Notes: generated by a model not told the origin, from the letters alone. A stretch of 64,000 nt of DNA from an uncultured Micavibrio sp. (GCA_964587815.1 CAZPMH010000001.1:140857-204856), one strand, 5' to 3'. Shown: positions 1 through 10,202, counted from the stretch's first letter. A program made the numbers and translations.

Positions 1-63
1 TTGTTATGTAGAAGTTTTTTTGTTCACTCACCCGCGGGTTCTCCTGCTTACTTTTGAAACAAT

Positions 64-1212
64 CTATTGATGTATCATAGTAAATGCGTGTCGTACAGCA
101 TCTCTACGATCGAGATTTGAAAAATCCGTACGGGCAAAGTGTGCGTTTAAATCATCTGATATCTGCACCATTTTTTCTAAGGGCGTGCTGGTGAAGAAAT
201 CTTCGAGCGAGGGAGATGACAGATATAGAGGCAGAGATGTTTCACCGCGTGCCTTAATAAACAGCATTTTACGAAAGACCCAGACCAATGTTTCGGCAAA
301 CATACGGTATTCTTTATCTTGCGCGGATGGGGCAAGTTTATTGGATACTTCATGGATTGTGTTCCATTGCCATTTGGGATAACTGCGAAGAACATCAACA
401 ACCCTACCGAAGGTCGCGAGGCCGCCCTCCTCAACAATGCGCAAGGCTTGGCCGAAGCTTCCTTCTGACATGTCAGTCACGATTTGCATATCATCGACGG
501 AAAGGACGACGCCTTTTTTATGTAACAGCTCACTGAGGTGATCGCGGCTTAACGGGTTAAATTTGACGGTGCGCGCACGTGAGTTAATGGTTTGAATGAG
601 CAAGCCGGGACGATGTGTAATCAATATGATCAACACTTTAGGCGGCGGTTCTTCCAGAATTTTAAGGATTGCGTTTTGCGCGTTGCGGTTCATTGTGTCC
701 GCGTCTTCGACCAGCACAATCCTCCAGCCGCCTTCGGATGCGGTCTTACGCAGGAATTGTTCAATACGCCTTAGGCTATCGACCTTAAGGCTCGCGTCTT
801 GTTTGTTTTTTGATGCATCAAATTCGCGTTTGATGTGCAGCATGTCGGCGTGCCCGCCCGAAGCAATGCGCGCGAAAACGGGATCGTCATTGCCAACATC
901 TAATGTCGTTGCATTTTGTGGTAAATCATCGCCGCCGAAGAGTGCGTCTTGCGCTGCGTCAGCTTTGTCATGTTTTAAAAGAAAACGCGCCAAGCGAAAG
1001 GCAAATGTTGTTTTTCCGATGCCTTTTAGCCCTGAAAATATAACCGCGTGGGGGATAGCGGATTTATTATACATCTCCAAGAAAAACTGTTCTTGTGCGT
1101 TGTGTCCAATGCATAATGTTGATGATTCAGGCTCCGCCATTCCCGTGGCGCTTTGTGTGTGCGGGCTTTCATCAATAATATCTTCTGCGTGGTCTTCAAA
1201 TAAACTCATCAA
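64..1212 (-). CDS. holB: DNA polymerase III subunit delta-prime (clamp-loader AAA+)
   Basis: 382-aa ORF with P-loop-like GLKGIGKTT, LVEDADTMN and ILKILEEPP motifs typical of HolB. It overlaps the upstream tmk by 17 nt (classic tmk-holB pair). Confidence 0.85.
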   Translation of the reverse strand: MMSLFEDHAEDIIDESPHTQSATGMAEPESSTLCIGHNAQEQFFLEMYNKSAIPHAVIFSGLKGIGKTTFAFRLARFLLKHDKADAAQDALFGGDDLPQNATTLDVGNDDPVFARIASGGHADMLHIKREFDASKNKQDASLKVDSLRRIEQFLRKTASEGGWRIVLVEDADTMNRNAQNAILKILEEPPPKVLIILITHRPGLLIQTINSRARTVKFNPLSRDHLSELLHKKGVVLSVDDMQIVTDMSEGSFGQALRIVEEGGLATFGRVVDVLRSYPKWQWNTIHEVSNKLAPSAQDKEYRMFAETLVWVFRKMLFIKARGETSLPLYLSSPSLEDFFTSTPLEKMVQISDDLNAHFARTDFSNLDRRDAVRHAFTMIHQ

Positions 1213-1852
1213 TTATCTTTTTTATATCGTTGAATACGGCCTCTGAACCTTGGCTGGCATCTATAATTTTGCAACGCTCCGGCTCTGCTTTTGCGATATC
1301 AAGGAAGCCTTGTCTCAATCGTTTGTGAAAGCCAATGTCTAAACGTTCAAAACGGTCTTCTGTTTTGCCGCCATCTTGGCTGTCGTTAAGGCGCTTTTGC
1401 GAACGTTTTAGTCCTTCTTCAACGTCGATATCCAAAATTAGTGTGAGGTTTGGTTTAAAATCGCCTATTGTCGTTTCTTCGATGGACTTTATTTTTTCGA
1501 GGTCTAATTCTCTACCATAGCCTTGGTAGGCGAGCGTTGAATCTGAAAACCTGTCGCAAATCACAATTTTACCGCTATGCATCGCAGGCTTTATGATTTG
1601 TTCCACATGCATAACGCGCGCGGCATACAGCAGCAATGTTTCTGCCATTGCTGTCCATTGGCCGCCATCACGCTGCACTAGAAGTGAGCGAATACTTTCT
1701 GCTTCCTTGGTTCCGCCGGGTTCTCTTGTGGTGACCACCTTAAAATTTTTAGATGTCAGATATTCAGCCAAGCGGTTGATTTGGGTTGTCTTCCCGGAGC
1801 CTTCACCGCCCTCGAGTGTGATGAAGAATTCTTTGCGATCATGATGTACCAT
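1196..1852 (-). CDS. tmk: dTMP (thymidylate) kinase
   Basis: P-loop FITLEGGEGSGKTTQ and DRFSDSTLAYQG lid region. The ATG at 1852 lies directly after the stop of the upstream carboxypeptidase gene (1854). The ORF-track start at 1900 would add 16 unconserved residues. Confidence 0.9.
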   Translation of the reverse strand: MVHHDRKEFFITLEGGEGSGKTTQINRLAEYLTSKNFKVVTTREPGGTKEAESIRSLLVQRDGGQWTAMAETLLLYAARVMHVEQIIKPAMHSGKIVICDRFSDSTLAYQGYGRELDLEKIKSIEETTIGDFKPNLTLILDIDVEEGLKRSQKRLNDSQDGGKTEDRFERLDIGFHKRLRQGFLDIAKAEPERCKIIDASQGSEAVFNDIKKIIDEFI

Positions 1853-1853
1853 T

Positions 1854-3029
1854 TTACAAGTCACCCTTCCCTGTTGTGAGAAGTCGTGCTTTTTGTACAA
1901 TCCTCATAAACCAGTCAAGCTCAGCAATGTTTTCTGCGGCAAGGAGCGGCACAATGTGCGGGTTTTCAACGCCCGGCATTTTAACAAGAATATTACCGAC
2001 TTTTTGTCCACGTTTTACAGGCGCCTTAATCGGGCTTTCGTATTGCAGTTCAACTTCAATATCGCTTGCATTTATTTTGGAGACCAAAATATTTACAGAG
2101 TCGCCGGCTTCCAGAGAAACAGTGCTTTTTTGTCCTAAATACACAGGCGCTTTGTCGAGTGTCTTTTTGTTTTCAAACAAGACTACATTTGTAAAACCGT
2201 TCAGCCCCCATTGAAGCAAGCGGATTGACTCTTCTCTACGCTCTTTTTTACTTTCCATGCCGTTCAGAACCATAATTACGCGGCGGCCATCATCATTTAC
2301 GCCTGTTCCGATCAGGCCGTATCCACCATCATCAGTGTGCCCTGTTTTGAGGCCGTCTGCTCCTATCCCTGCGCCGAGTAGAGGGTTGCGGTTGGCCTGT
2401 TTAATGTCGTTAAAGGTGAATTCCGTTTCGCTGTAGAATTCATAATATTCAGGAAATTCTTCAATCATGGCTTTGGCGAGTTTTGCCAAATCGCGTGCGG
2501 TCGAATAATGGTTTTCATCAGGCCAACCGCTTGCATTCATGAAATTGCTGTTATCCATGCCCAGCTCTTTGGCCTTGCGATTTAAGGCGTTGGCAAACAT
2601 TTCTTCACTGCCCGCGAGACCTTCGGCCAGAGCAATCGTTGCATCGTTTCCTGATTGAATGATCACACCGCGAATAAGGTCTTCAACTTTAACTTTTTTT
2701 CCGACTTCTATGAACATTTTCGAGCCACCTTTTTTCCAGGCTTTTTCGCTCACGACGAATTCATCATCTAAGCTGAGATTGCCTTTTTTCAGGGCGTCGA
2801 AGATGACATACATGCTCATCACCTTACTCATCGATGATGTCGGCATTTTTTGATCTGCGTTTTTCTCGAACAGGACATTACCTGTTTTGTAATCCACAAT
2901 AATTGCTTGTTTGGCCGATGTTTGTTGCGCGGCATTCGCGTGGGTCATTGTTCCCCATACCATAATCAAGGCACAAATAAAGGCCGTAAGGGCATGTTTC
3001 AAATGGCAGTGTTTTTGCTTCAAATTCAT
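1854..3029 (-). CDS. D-alanyl-D-alanine carboxypeptidase (class C low-MW PBP, PBP5/6-like)
   Basis: Signal peptide plus the three PBP motifs SMSK (SxxK), SGN and KTGHT. The C-terminal beta-sandwich domain region is present. Confidence 0.9.
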   Translation of the reverse strand: MNLKQKHCHLKHALTAFICALIMVWGTMTHANAAQQTSAKQAIIVDYKTGNVLFEKNADQKMPTSSMSKVMSMYVIFDALKKGNLSLDDEFVVSEKAWKKGGSKMFIEVGKKVKVEDLIRGVIIQSGNDATIALAEGLAGSEEMFANALNRKAKELGMDNSNFMNASGWPDENHYSTARDLAKLAKAMIEEFPEYYEFYSETEFTFNDIKQANRNPLLGAGIGADGLKTGHTDDGGYGLIGTGVNDDGRRVIMVLNGMESKKERREESIRLLQWGLNGFTNVVLFENKKTLDKAPVYLGQKSTVSLEAGDSVNILVSKINASDIEVELQYESPIKAPVKRGQKVGNILVKMPGVENPHIVPLLAAENIAELDWFMRIVQKARLLTTGKGDL

Positions 3030-3059
3030 TCTGTCTTTCCTTGGCTCAATCCATAAGCC

Positions 3060-3998
3060 TTAGTTTTTATCGATGACGATTACGGCTTGATCATAGCCAC
3101 CTGAGAGCAGCTTTGACAAGAGTTCATCAGCAGCGGACACGGATGCGGACGGAAACCGCACACGATAGATTTGTTTACCGCTTACATTCGCAGGGAAAAC
3201 TTGTGCCCTGCCGAAGCGGTCTAAGGATGACGCGTAACGTGTTGCTGCTTCCCTTGATGAAAACGCGCCCGTTTGGACGAATATATTTTGCGCGCTCACA
3301 GGATATTCAGAGATTATAGGATCAGGATAAAAATTACCTTGTTTTACATGCCCCGGAATCGTTTTCGGTTGCGCCGTATTTAACGTTTGTAGCTTTGGCT
3401 CCACCTTCGCGTAATCCACTTCTGCCGTGCGGCGCGGTTGGTAGCCGGACTTGTTCATGCTGACTTCTATTCCCTTGGTGCTTCCGCCATTTCTTGCAAT
3501 TTCTGCAACGGTACGGCTTTCTGCTTCTAAAACCTGAACACGTACTTTTGCCGTTCCTTTATTTTTGAAGCCGAGTAGTTCGGCCGAGCGTTTGGACATA
3601 TCGATAATTCGGCCATGAGCATAAGGGCCGCGATCATTCACGCGCGCGATTATAGATTTTCCATTTTCCAGATTCGTAACGCGCACAATGCTCGGTAACG
3701 GGAGTGTTTTATGCGCGGCAGTAATTTCGTTTTGGTCGTACACTTCTCCGTTCGCTGTAAGTTTGCCATGGAAGTTTGGGCCGTACCAAGATGCAATGCC
3801 TTTTTTATCGTAGTTGAAATCAACGCTTGGGTAGTATTTTTTTCCTTTTATTATATAGGGAGAGCCGACCTTGTAATGCCCTTTGCTGGTTGCAAGCGGG
3901 CCTGTCACGGTGGAGCCTTTGTTGCCAAAAGAACACGCAGATAGCGGGCACCCTAAGATTGTTATTAGAGCGATGCGAAGTACGGCCGCCTTATACAT
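3060..3998 (-). CDS. rlpA: septal ring lytic transglycosylase RlpA family lipoprotein (DPBB + SPOR domains)
   Basis: Lipobox LSAC. DPBB core WYGPNFHGKLTANGEVYDQNEITAAHKTLPLPSIVRVTNLENGKSIIARVNDRGPY. C-terminal SPOR-like segment (VQTGAFSSREAATRY...YRVRF). Confidence 0.85.
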   Translation of the reverse strand: MYKAAVLRIALITILGCPLSACSFGNKGSTVTGPLATSKGHYKVGSPYIIKGKKYYPSVDFNYDKKGIASWYGPNFHGKLTANGEVYDQNEITAAHKTLPLPSIVRVTNLENGKSIIARVNDRGPYAHGRIIDMSKRSAELLGFKNKGTAKVRVQVLEAESRTVAEIARNGGSTKGIEVSMNKSGYQPRRTAEVDYAKVEPKLQTLNTAQPKTIPGHVKQGNFYPDPIISEYPVSAQNIFVQTGAFSSREAATRYASSLDRFGRAQVFPANVSGKQIYRVRFPSASVSAADELLSKLLSGGYDQAVIVIDKN

Positions 3999-4002
3999 AA
4001 AT

Positions 4003-4998
4003 TTAGCCCCCCTGCTTTATCGCATCGGCCAATATTCCGACTGATGTTGCGAAGTAGGTTGAGCGGTTCCATTTCATGACAACGCCAAAATTGTGATAGG
4101 CGAGATATGTCGGGCCGTTTAGCCCGTCAGGTGCGACCAGAGAGGCCTGAATTCCGTCTGCAACCGGCAAATCTCCGCCTCCGGGCAATGTCAGGCCCAG
4201 TTTTTTCCATGTTGCCAGATCGTGCTTAACCTTTAAGCTAACCTTATCTTTGCCGATTGATTTAGGCACGCTTACGCGGCGGCCCCATCGCTCATCTTCG
4301 CGCCAGCCGCTTTTGCTCAAGTAATTTGCGGTGGATGCGAAAACATCGGGCAGGCTTGTCCAGATATCGCGCTTGCCATCATCGTTGCCGTCTACTGCAA
4401 AGGCGTGGAAGCTGGATGGCATGAACTGATTTTGCCCCATCGCGCCTGCCCATGAGCCTTTCATGTTTTCGAAAGAGATGTGCCCTTCATCTAAAATTTT
4501 GAGGGCATTAATAAGCTCTTTGCGAAAGAATGAGCTGCGGCGGCCGTCATGTGCGAGCGTTGAGAGCGCTGTTACCACACCGAACCCGCCTGTGTTGTTG
4601 CCGTAGCTGGTTTCTACGCCCCACAGGGCGACGATGTATTGCGCGGGTACACCGTATTTCTTTGCTGTTGCGTCCAATAGCTCCTTATGTTCACGATACA
4701 TGCGTTGGCCTTGTGCGATGCGGGCATCGCTGATCACACGTTTTTTATACTGCGCAAACGTCATCGTGCCTTCGGGTTGTTTGCGATCTAACTCTATAAT
4801 CCGTTTTACAGGTTTCACGCCGACGAAAGCTTTATCCAGCGTTTCTTGAGAAATTCCCTGACGTTTTGCATCTTGCTTGAAGTTTGCGACCCATGTTTCA
4901 AATTCAGGCGCGGCCTGAGCCTGTTGTAATGGCGCCAAGCTTATTATTGCAGCGCAGATGATGGTAAGTGGTCGGTTGAAGGCAAACGTACGTTTCAT
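4003..4998 (-). CDS. lytic murein transglycosylase (MltB/SLT_2 family)
   Basis: Signal peptide, catalytic-Glu context WGVETSYG, and GAMGQNQFMPSSF motif typical of MltB-type transglycosylases. Confidence 0.8.
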   Translation of the reverse strand: MKRTFAFNRPLTIICAAIISLAPLQQAQAAPEFETWVANFKQDAKRQGISQETLDKAFVGVKPVKRIIELDRKQPEGTMTFAQYKKRVISDARIAQGQRMYREHKELLDATAKKYGVPAQYIVALWGVETSYGNNTGGFGVVTALSTLAHDGRRSSFFRKELINALKILDEGHISFENMKGSWAGAMGQNQFMPSSFHAFAVDGNDDGKRDIWTSLPDVFASTANYLSKSGWREDERWGRRVSVPKSIGKDKVSLKVKHDLATWKKLGLTLPGGGDLPVADGIQASLVAPDGLNGPTYLAYHNFGVVMKWNRSTYFATSVGILADAIKQGG

Positions 4999-5206
4999 GA
5001 TTCGTCCTTGTAGAATTTTGATGTAAGCTCAAGATAAAGGCGGCGCTCTATCGGAACAAGATAAAACCGTTTCTGATATAAAAAAACTCACAAGCCTTAG
5101 AGTTCTCAATATAAAATATAGCAATCTTTTTGCATTTTGCACTAGACAGGCATGCATAAAACTCGCTAATAAGTGAAGCTCTTAAATGCACAACCCGCAT
5201 CGGTTA

Positions 5207-5296
5207 GGACAGATGGCAGAGTGGTTGAATGCACCGGTCTTGAAAACCGGCATGGGTGCAAGCCCATCCAGGGTTCGAATCCCTGTCTGTCCGCCA
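5207..5296 (+). tRNA. tRNA-Ser (anticodon TGA)
   Basis: Hand-folded cloverleaf: acceptor GGACAGA/TCTGTCC, anticodon loop CTTGAAA, long variable arm, T-loop GGTTCGAATCC, encoded CCA. Confidence 0.9.
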
Positions 5297-5393
5297 TTTT
5301 TCTCTTCATTGGTTCGGTGCTTTACTAAGCCTGAAAATAAAACTGTATCCATGAGAGTTTATTTTACAGCGCTTGTTTCTGTAAGCTCAATAG

Positions 5394-5576
5394 TTACTCT
5401 TCAGATATGTTGCTCTGTTTACCTAACTTTTCTTTTTCCTCAAGAAACCCTGTTTCTGCAAACTGCTGACCTGCAACGCCACCATCCATTTGAATTGATG
5501 GCGTTTGTGAGGTTGCCACTAAGTAAATCCACCACGCAACGAGAACACCTAAAAATAAGAAAAATATTTTCAACAA
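5394..5576 (-). CDS. hypothetical small single-pass membrane protein (60 aa)
   Basis: ORF with one hydrophobic helix (IFFLFLGVLVAWWIYLVA) in an AT-rich spacer between two tRNAs. No recognisable family. Confidence 0.25.
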   Translation of the reverse strand: MLKIFFLFLGVLVAWWIYLVATSQTPSIQMDGGVAGQQFAETGFLEEKEKLGKQSNISEE

Positions 5577-5612
5577 TATTTCTTTCCTGGTTTATTAAAT
5601 TATAAATTTAAA

Positions 5613-5852
5613 CTATTCATTTTTATTAAGGATCATTTTTTCAAAATCCTCAGGGCTTTTCCAAAGAGTACGCGTTCCACCTTTAGTGCAAATAATTGCG
5701 GATGGATCAAAAACTGAACACTGCAATGTTCTAACGCCTCCGCCTCCAAATAGCCAAGCCAGCGATAAAACGAAGAAAGCGAATAAAATTATGTGACGTA
5801 GCTTAATTTTTTCGTATTTCTTATTTTTATGCTTTTTAGACATACACATCAA
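5613..5852 (-). CDS. hypothetical small membrane-anchored protein (79 aa)
   Basis: Basic N-terminus (KKHKNKKYEK), one TM helix (IILFAFFVLSLAWLF), and an internal GG(V/T)RTL duplication flanking two Cys. No recognisable family. Confidence 0.3.
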   Translation of the reverse strand: MMCMSKKHKNKKYEKIKLRHIILFAFFVLSLAWLFGGGGVRTLQCSVFDPSAIICTKGGTRTLWKSPEDFEKMILNKNE

Positions 5853-5892
5853 TACGCGCTTGGGTTTGTTCGCTATGAATAGGAAAAGAAAA

Positions 5893-5970
5893 TGGTCGGA
5901 ACGAGAGGATTTGAACCTCCGACCCCTAAGCCCCCAGCTTAGTGCGCTAACCAGGCTGCGCCACGTTCCG
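5893..5970 (-). tRNA. tRNA-Pro (anticodon GGG)
   Basis: The reverse complement folds as CGGAACG acceptor, D-arm GCGC/GCGC, anticodon stem CTAAG/CTTAG with loop CTGGGGG, T-loop TTCAAAT, encoded CCA. Confidence 0.9.
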
Positions 5971-6052
5971 ATTTAATGATGTTGTATCTTATTGCCCTGT
6001 ATAAATCAATTAAGATTGTCACGGACAAAGCAGTTAAGGCAGGAAACTTATT

Positions 6053-6598
6053 CTAGCTTTTTTTAATCATACCGCGCAGCTCTTTCAGTTCAGCCAGAAC
6101 GTCTTCGAGGGCACGCTTTTGGCCTTCCGTTAACTTCGAGCCGACAGCTTGGTCGTCATCGTCCGCTTTTGTTTCTTGCAAAATGGGTGATTGTGCATCC
6201 GGCGTTGAGAAATTTTCGACAATAACGCTTTTTCCGGCTTCGCGGAATAATTTTTGTACGCCTTTAATTGTATAGCCTTCAATATAAAGAAGACGGTGAA
6301 TTGCTTTTAACAGTTTTACATCTTCGGGACGGTAATAGCGACGCCCACCGCCACGTTTCAGCGGTTTTACTTGTGAGAACTTTGTTTCCCAGAATCGCAA
6401 AACGTGCTGTTGAACGCCTAAATCGTCTGAAACTTCACTGATTGTACGGAAAGCCGAAGATGATTTACGACGGCGCGATGATCTTGACGCGTCATTTTTC
6501 GCGGCGTTTTCCTTTGCCCGATCCAAATCGGCCTGATCTACGTGATCTTGGGATGGAACGCTTTGGTTTTGTTCTTCTTTGCGTTTTTGATGATCCAT
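6053..6598 (-). CDS. MerR-family transcriptional regulator
   Basis: MerR-type [48 protein letters not shown]. Conserved position downstream of ihfA in alphaproteobacteria. Confidence 0.8.
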   Translation of the reverse strand: MDHQKRKEEQNQSVPSQDHVDQADLDRAKENAAKNDASRSSRRRKSSSAFRTISEVSDDLGVQQHVLRFWETKFSQVKPLKRGGGRRYYRPEDVKLLKAIHRLLYIEGYTIKGVQKLFREAGKSVIVENFSTPDAQSPILQETKADDDDQAVGSKLTEGQKRALEDVLAELKELRGMIKKS

Positions 6599-6633
6599 TG
6601 TAAATCCTTTGTTTATGATCGGTCGTTTATTTC

Positions 6634-6930
6634 TTAAACGCCTTTATTAACGCGTTCTTTCAAAACATGTGATGCGCGAAAGACCAAAACCTTACGCGGT
6701 GAAATCGGAACCTCTACCCCTGTTTTCGGGTTTCTGCCGATACGCTCTCCTTTTTCACGAATTGAAAAGCTGCCAAATGATGAAATTTTCACGTTTTCTC
6801 CTGCAACGAGTGCGTTGGAGACTTCATCAAGCACGGATTCGACCAGATCAGCTGACTCATTACGTGACAAACCGACTTCTTCGTAAACGGCTTCCGCTAA
6901 ATCGGCGCGGGTTATCGTTCGATTTTCCAT
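6634..6930 (-). CDS. ihfA: integration host factor subunit alpha
   Basis: 98 aa. HU/IHF fold motifs [39 protein letters not shown]. Confidence 0.9.
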   Translation of the reverse strand: MENRTITRADLAEAVYEEVGLSRNESADLVESVLDEVSNALVAGENVKISSFGSFSIREKGERIGRNPKTGVEVPISPRKVLVFRASHVLKERVNKGV

Positions 6931-7091
6931 TCATTTACTCCATATCAATATAATAAAACACTAACGTATTTCATTGCCTAGCGTCAATGCAGGCGCGGTG
7001 AATAACGTAAAAAAAATGATTCAATTCAAAGGGTAAAGGACAGCCTTTGAAGTTCAAGTATTCCTTCAAACGCTGGATAATTGTGTGATTT

Positions 7092-8072
7092 TTATATGCG
7101 CACCAAGGCTGAGCCCCATGTCAGGCCACCGCCAAGCGCTTCGAAAAGAACAAGCTCGCCTTTTTTAATTTTACCGCTTTGCATCGCGCTGTCGAAAGCC
7201 AGAGGTATAGAGGCGGCGGAGGTGTTTGCGTGGTGTTGCACTGTCAAAATCACTTGCTCCATCGGCATTTTCAGCTTTTTCGCCGTGGCTTCTATGATGC
7301 GGGAATTTGCCTGATGCGGGACAAGCCAATCGATATCTTCGGCGGATATGTTGTTGTGTTCGAGCGCGGCATTGACCGCATCCGACATTAACTTTACAGC
7401 GTGTTTGAAGATTTCACGACCATGCATGACGATGTGACCGCTTTGCCCTGAGGAGCTCACGCCGCCATCCGTGTAGAGCAAATCTTTATGATTTCCGTTT
7501 GCGTATAAATGTGTGGATAAAATGCCTGACGCGTTTTCAGCATCATCTTGCTTTACTTCATTTGCCTCAAGAATCACAGCGCCTGCACCATCACCGAATA
7601 ATACGCATGTCGCGCGATCTGACCAATTGAGGATTGAGCTCATTTTCTCAGCGCCAATCACGATCACGCGTGACATTTGTCCTGTTGCGATCATGCTGTT
7701 TGCAACGCTGAGGGCGTATATGAAGCCTGAGCAGACAGCTTGCACGTCAAATGCAACACCAACAGGAATATTCAAAGCTGACTGAACTTTTACAGCAACA
7801 GCTGGAAAGGTTTGATCAGGCGTTGTTGTGGCGACGATGATGCCGTCAATTTGTTCTGCACTTAAGGAAGAGCGCGCCAACGCTTGTTTTGCAGCCTCAA
7901 TAGCCATATCGGCGGTTGTTTGGTTTTCGGCGGCGATGTGGCGCTGTTTAATACCGCTGCGCTGTGTGATCCATTCGTCAGACGTTTCAACGATTTGAGC
8001 CAGATCATCATTCGTTACGATTTTTTCCGGCAAATATCCGCCTGTTGATATAATTTTTGCACGCCGCGTCAT
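7092..8072 (-). CDS. fabH: beta-ketoacyl-ACP synthase III
   Basis: Active-site context AVCSGFIYAL (Cys), HQAN (His) and NTSAASIP (Asn). 326 aa. 4-nt overlap with plsX. Confidence 0.95.
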   Translation of the reverse strand: MTRRAKIISTGGYLPEKIVTNDDLAQIVETSDEWITQRSGIKQRHIAAENQTTADMAIEAAKQALARSSLSAEQIDGIIVATTTPDQTFPAVAVKVQSALNIPVGVAFDVQAVCSGFIYALSVANSMIATGQMSRVIVIGAEKMSSILNWSDRATCVLFGDGAGAVILEANEVKQDDAENASGILSTHLYANGNHKDLLYTDGGVSSSGQSGHIVMHGREIFKHAVKLMSDAVNAALEHNNISAEDIDWLVPHQANSRIIEATAKKLKMPMEQVILTVQHHANTSAASIPLAFDSAMQSGKIKKGELVLFEALGGGLTWGSALVRI

Positions 8073-9136
8073 GTCTTTTCTTCTTTTTCATTTTGTTCGT
8101 TAATATGTGCAATGTCGCGCATCAATTCTTCAACATAATCTTCGCGCGCCAATCGTATAGCACGGATCACCGCGCTGCTGAAGGCGACAGCGTCCCCTCC
8201 TCCGTGGCTTTTAATGCATAGGCCGTTTAACCCTAAGAACACGCCACCGTTATAGTGGCGGGGGTCCATTTGTTTCTTGAGCTTGCGCAGCGAGAAATAG
8301 GCCAGCATACCGCCTAATTTTGATAAAGGGCCTGCGTTGAAGGATCTTGAAACGAACTGCTTTACCATTGCGCCAACGCCTTCGGCGGTTTTTAGAGCAA
8401 TATTACCCGCATAGCCGTCACACACGATCACATCGACGACGCCCTTGTTTATGTCTGTGCCTTCGACAAAACCATGGTATTTTCCGGGAAATTCCAGCTT
8501 TGAGAGCATCTCCCCCGCGAGGCGGACATGATCAGGGCCTTTGGTTTCTTCGGAACCGATGTTTAATAAGCCGACAGATGGTGACTGTATTTTCATATTT
8601 GCGCGCGCGAATATTGTTCCGAGGATCGCGAACTGCACAAGGTTTTCGGCCTCAACTAAAACATTTGCACCCAGATCAAGCATGATGGCCTCACCGTTTA
8701 CGCACGGCATGACGGAGGCAATTGCGGGGCGGTGGATGCCCGGTGCCATTTTTAAAACGGTTTTTGCCATGGCCATTAGCGCGCCTGTGTTACCAGCAGA
8801 GACAACGGCAGATGCCCGCCCTTCTTTTACGGCTTCGATCGCGAGGCGCATTCCTGTGCCTTTGCTCGATCTGAGCGCTGCGGAAGGCTTATCATCGTTC
8901 AAGACCATTTTGTCGGTATGTGTTATCTCAGAGTGTGCTTGCAGCGATTTGCATTTCTTTAGGTAAGGCTCAATTTTTGTTTGGTCGCCGAAAATCAGGA
9001 AGAACACTTCGGGACGATTCTTCAACGTCATCTCAAGTGCCGGGATAATTTCCTTCGGCCCGTGATCGCCCCCCATAGCATCAATTGCGATTACTATTTT
9101 GTCTGTTTTCATTTTGTTTTGATCTTGTGCGGTCAT
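8069..9136 (-). CDS. plsX: phosphate acyltransferase PlsX
   Basis: IAIDAMGGDHGP N-terminal motif and GNIALK motif. I prefer the ATG at 9136 (MTAQDQ...). The ORF-track start at 9178 adds 14 hydrophobic or odd residues. Confidence 0.9.
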   Translation of the reverse strand: MTAQDQNKMKTDKIVIAIDAMGGDHGPKEIIPALEMTLKNRPEVFFLIFGDQTKIEPYLKKCKSLQAHSEITHTDKMVLNDDKPSAALRSSKGTGMRLAIEAVKEGRASAVVSAGNTGALMAMAKTVLKMAPGIHRPAIASVMPCVNGEAIMLDLGANVLVEAENLVQFAILGTIFARANMKIQSPSVGLLNIGSEETKGPDHVRLAGEMLSKLEFPGKYHGFVEGTDINKGVVDVIVCDGYAGNIALKTAEGVGAMVKQFVSRSFNAGPLSKLGGMLAYFSLRKLKKQMDPRHYNGGVFLGLNGLCIKSHGGGDAVAFSSAVIRAIRLAREDYVEELMRDIAHINEQNEKEEKT

Positions 9137-9276
9137 TGAATGTATTTTTATAACGAAATATCGGCCAATAATAAACATTATTGACCGATTATGTCGTGCC
9201 TGTTTTCAAAAAATCTTTATTTTATCGACAGAGCTTTATTTTATTTGTGTGCAACCGAGCACGCATGAAGACGCGA

Positions 9277-9456
9277 TTAGTCCTGCTCTTCAATAACCTG
9301 ACGACCTTTATATGTGCCTGTCTTAAGGTCGATGTGGTGGCGACGCTTCGGCTCGCCTGAATCCTGATCTTCAACCCAGTTCACAGTTTTGAGGGCGTGA
9401 TGGGCGCGGCGCATGTTGCGCTTAGATTTTGTAGTTTTTCTCTTTGGTACGGCCAT
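9277..9456 (-). CDS. rpmF: 50S ribosomal protein L32
   Basis: 59-aa ORF, below the ORF-track cutoff, translated by hand: [23 protein letters not shown]...[14 protein letters not shown]. Canonical L32 N-terminus, upstream of plsX. Confidence 0.9.
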   Translation of the reverse strand: MAVPKRKTTKSKRNMRRAHHALKTVNWVEDQDSGEPKRRHHIDLKTGTYKGRQVIEEQD

Positions 9457-9566
9457 GACCTAATTCCTTAAATTCTTTTAGCATTCTTAAAATGTGTGTG
9501 CGTTTTACTCAATTTAGCAGAGGATGGCAAGGAAATTGTTGAAATTATTCTATTTAAATACCCTGC

Positions 9567-10199
9567 CTATTTGTCCTTTTTATCTTTTTTGCCGGCTTTC
9601 TTTTGTTCGTTCGCTTTCCATTCCTTCAGTGCGGCAAAGGGATTGTCGTATAAAGCATTCTCGTCCTCAGCACTTCCTGCGGTTTCCGGCCATTCAGCAT
9701 CTTTCGATCGCGGGTAAGGATTTAACCCCAGAGACAGATGCTGCGTTACCAATTCACCGAGGTCAATTTTTCCATTGACGACGGGCTCAGGGTCATCACT
9801 TTCTTCGATCATTGGTTGCTCAGCTTTTTCGATATCCGGCAAGCGGTCGCGCTTTACTTTCGATAAAGAAACCGCGCCGCTTGTATCTGCGTACCACGCC
9901 TTAAACGTTTCCTTGATATGTTCTTCAACAGGATCGGCGGTTATGACGCAGGCTTGCTTAATATCGGCCGTGATCGTTCCTTCAATTTCAATCGATTTGT
10001 TAATTTGGTTGCGTTGCATTATCAGATCAGCTGACAGGCTTTCAATTTCAAGTACGCCTAAACGCTGGCTCAACGCTTTTCGTTCTGCTGCGTTTGTCTT
10101 GATTTTCAACTGATAAGGCTTCACATCTATTTTATCGCTTTCAACAAAATGAGACCATTCGTTCTTATCATCGAGGGAGTCGTTTACTGTCTTGTTCAT
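9567..10199 (-). CDS. YceD/DUF177 family protein (23S rRNA accumulation protein)
   Basis: Acidic 210-aa protein with the IDLGELVTQHLSLGLNPYPR motif. Conserved position immediately upstream of rpmF. Confidence 0.8.
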   Translation of the reverse strand: MNKTVNDSLDDKNEWSHFVESDKIDVKPYQLKIKTNAAERKALSQRLGVLEIESLSADLIMQRNQINKSIEIEGTITADIKQACVITADPVEEHIKETFKAWYADTSGAVSLSKVKRDRLPDIEKAEQPMIEESDDPEPVVNGKIDLGELVTQHLSLGLNPYPRSKDAEWPETAGSAEDENALYDNPFAALKEWKANEQKKAGKKDKKDK

Positions 10200-10202
10200 T
10201 TT

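Noticed and set aside
596-1246. 216-aa plus-strand ORF antisense to holB
   Set aside because: It lies entirely within, and antisense to, a gene with strong motif support. The product is Ser/Ala/Cys-rich low-complexity sequence with no motif. This is a typical shadow ORF.
5186-5605. 139-aa plus-strand ORF
   Set aside because: It reads straight through tRNA-Ser (5207-5296), so it is an artefact of the tRNA sequence plus AT-rich spacer.
7026-7050. Hairpin TCAAAGG-N11-CCTTTGA downstream of fabH as a terminator
   Set aside because: On the transcribed (minus) strand the T-run begins about 9 nt after the stem, so it is not a convincing intrinsic terminator.
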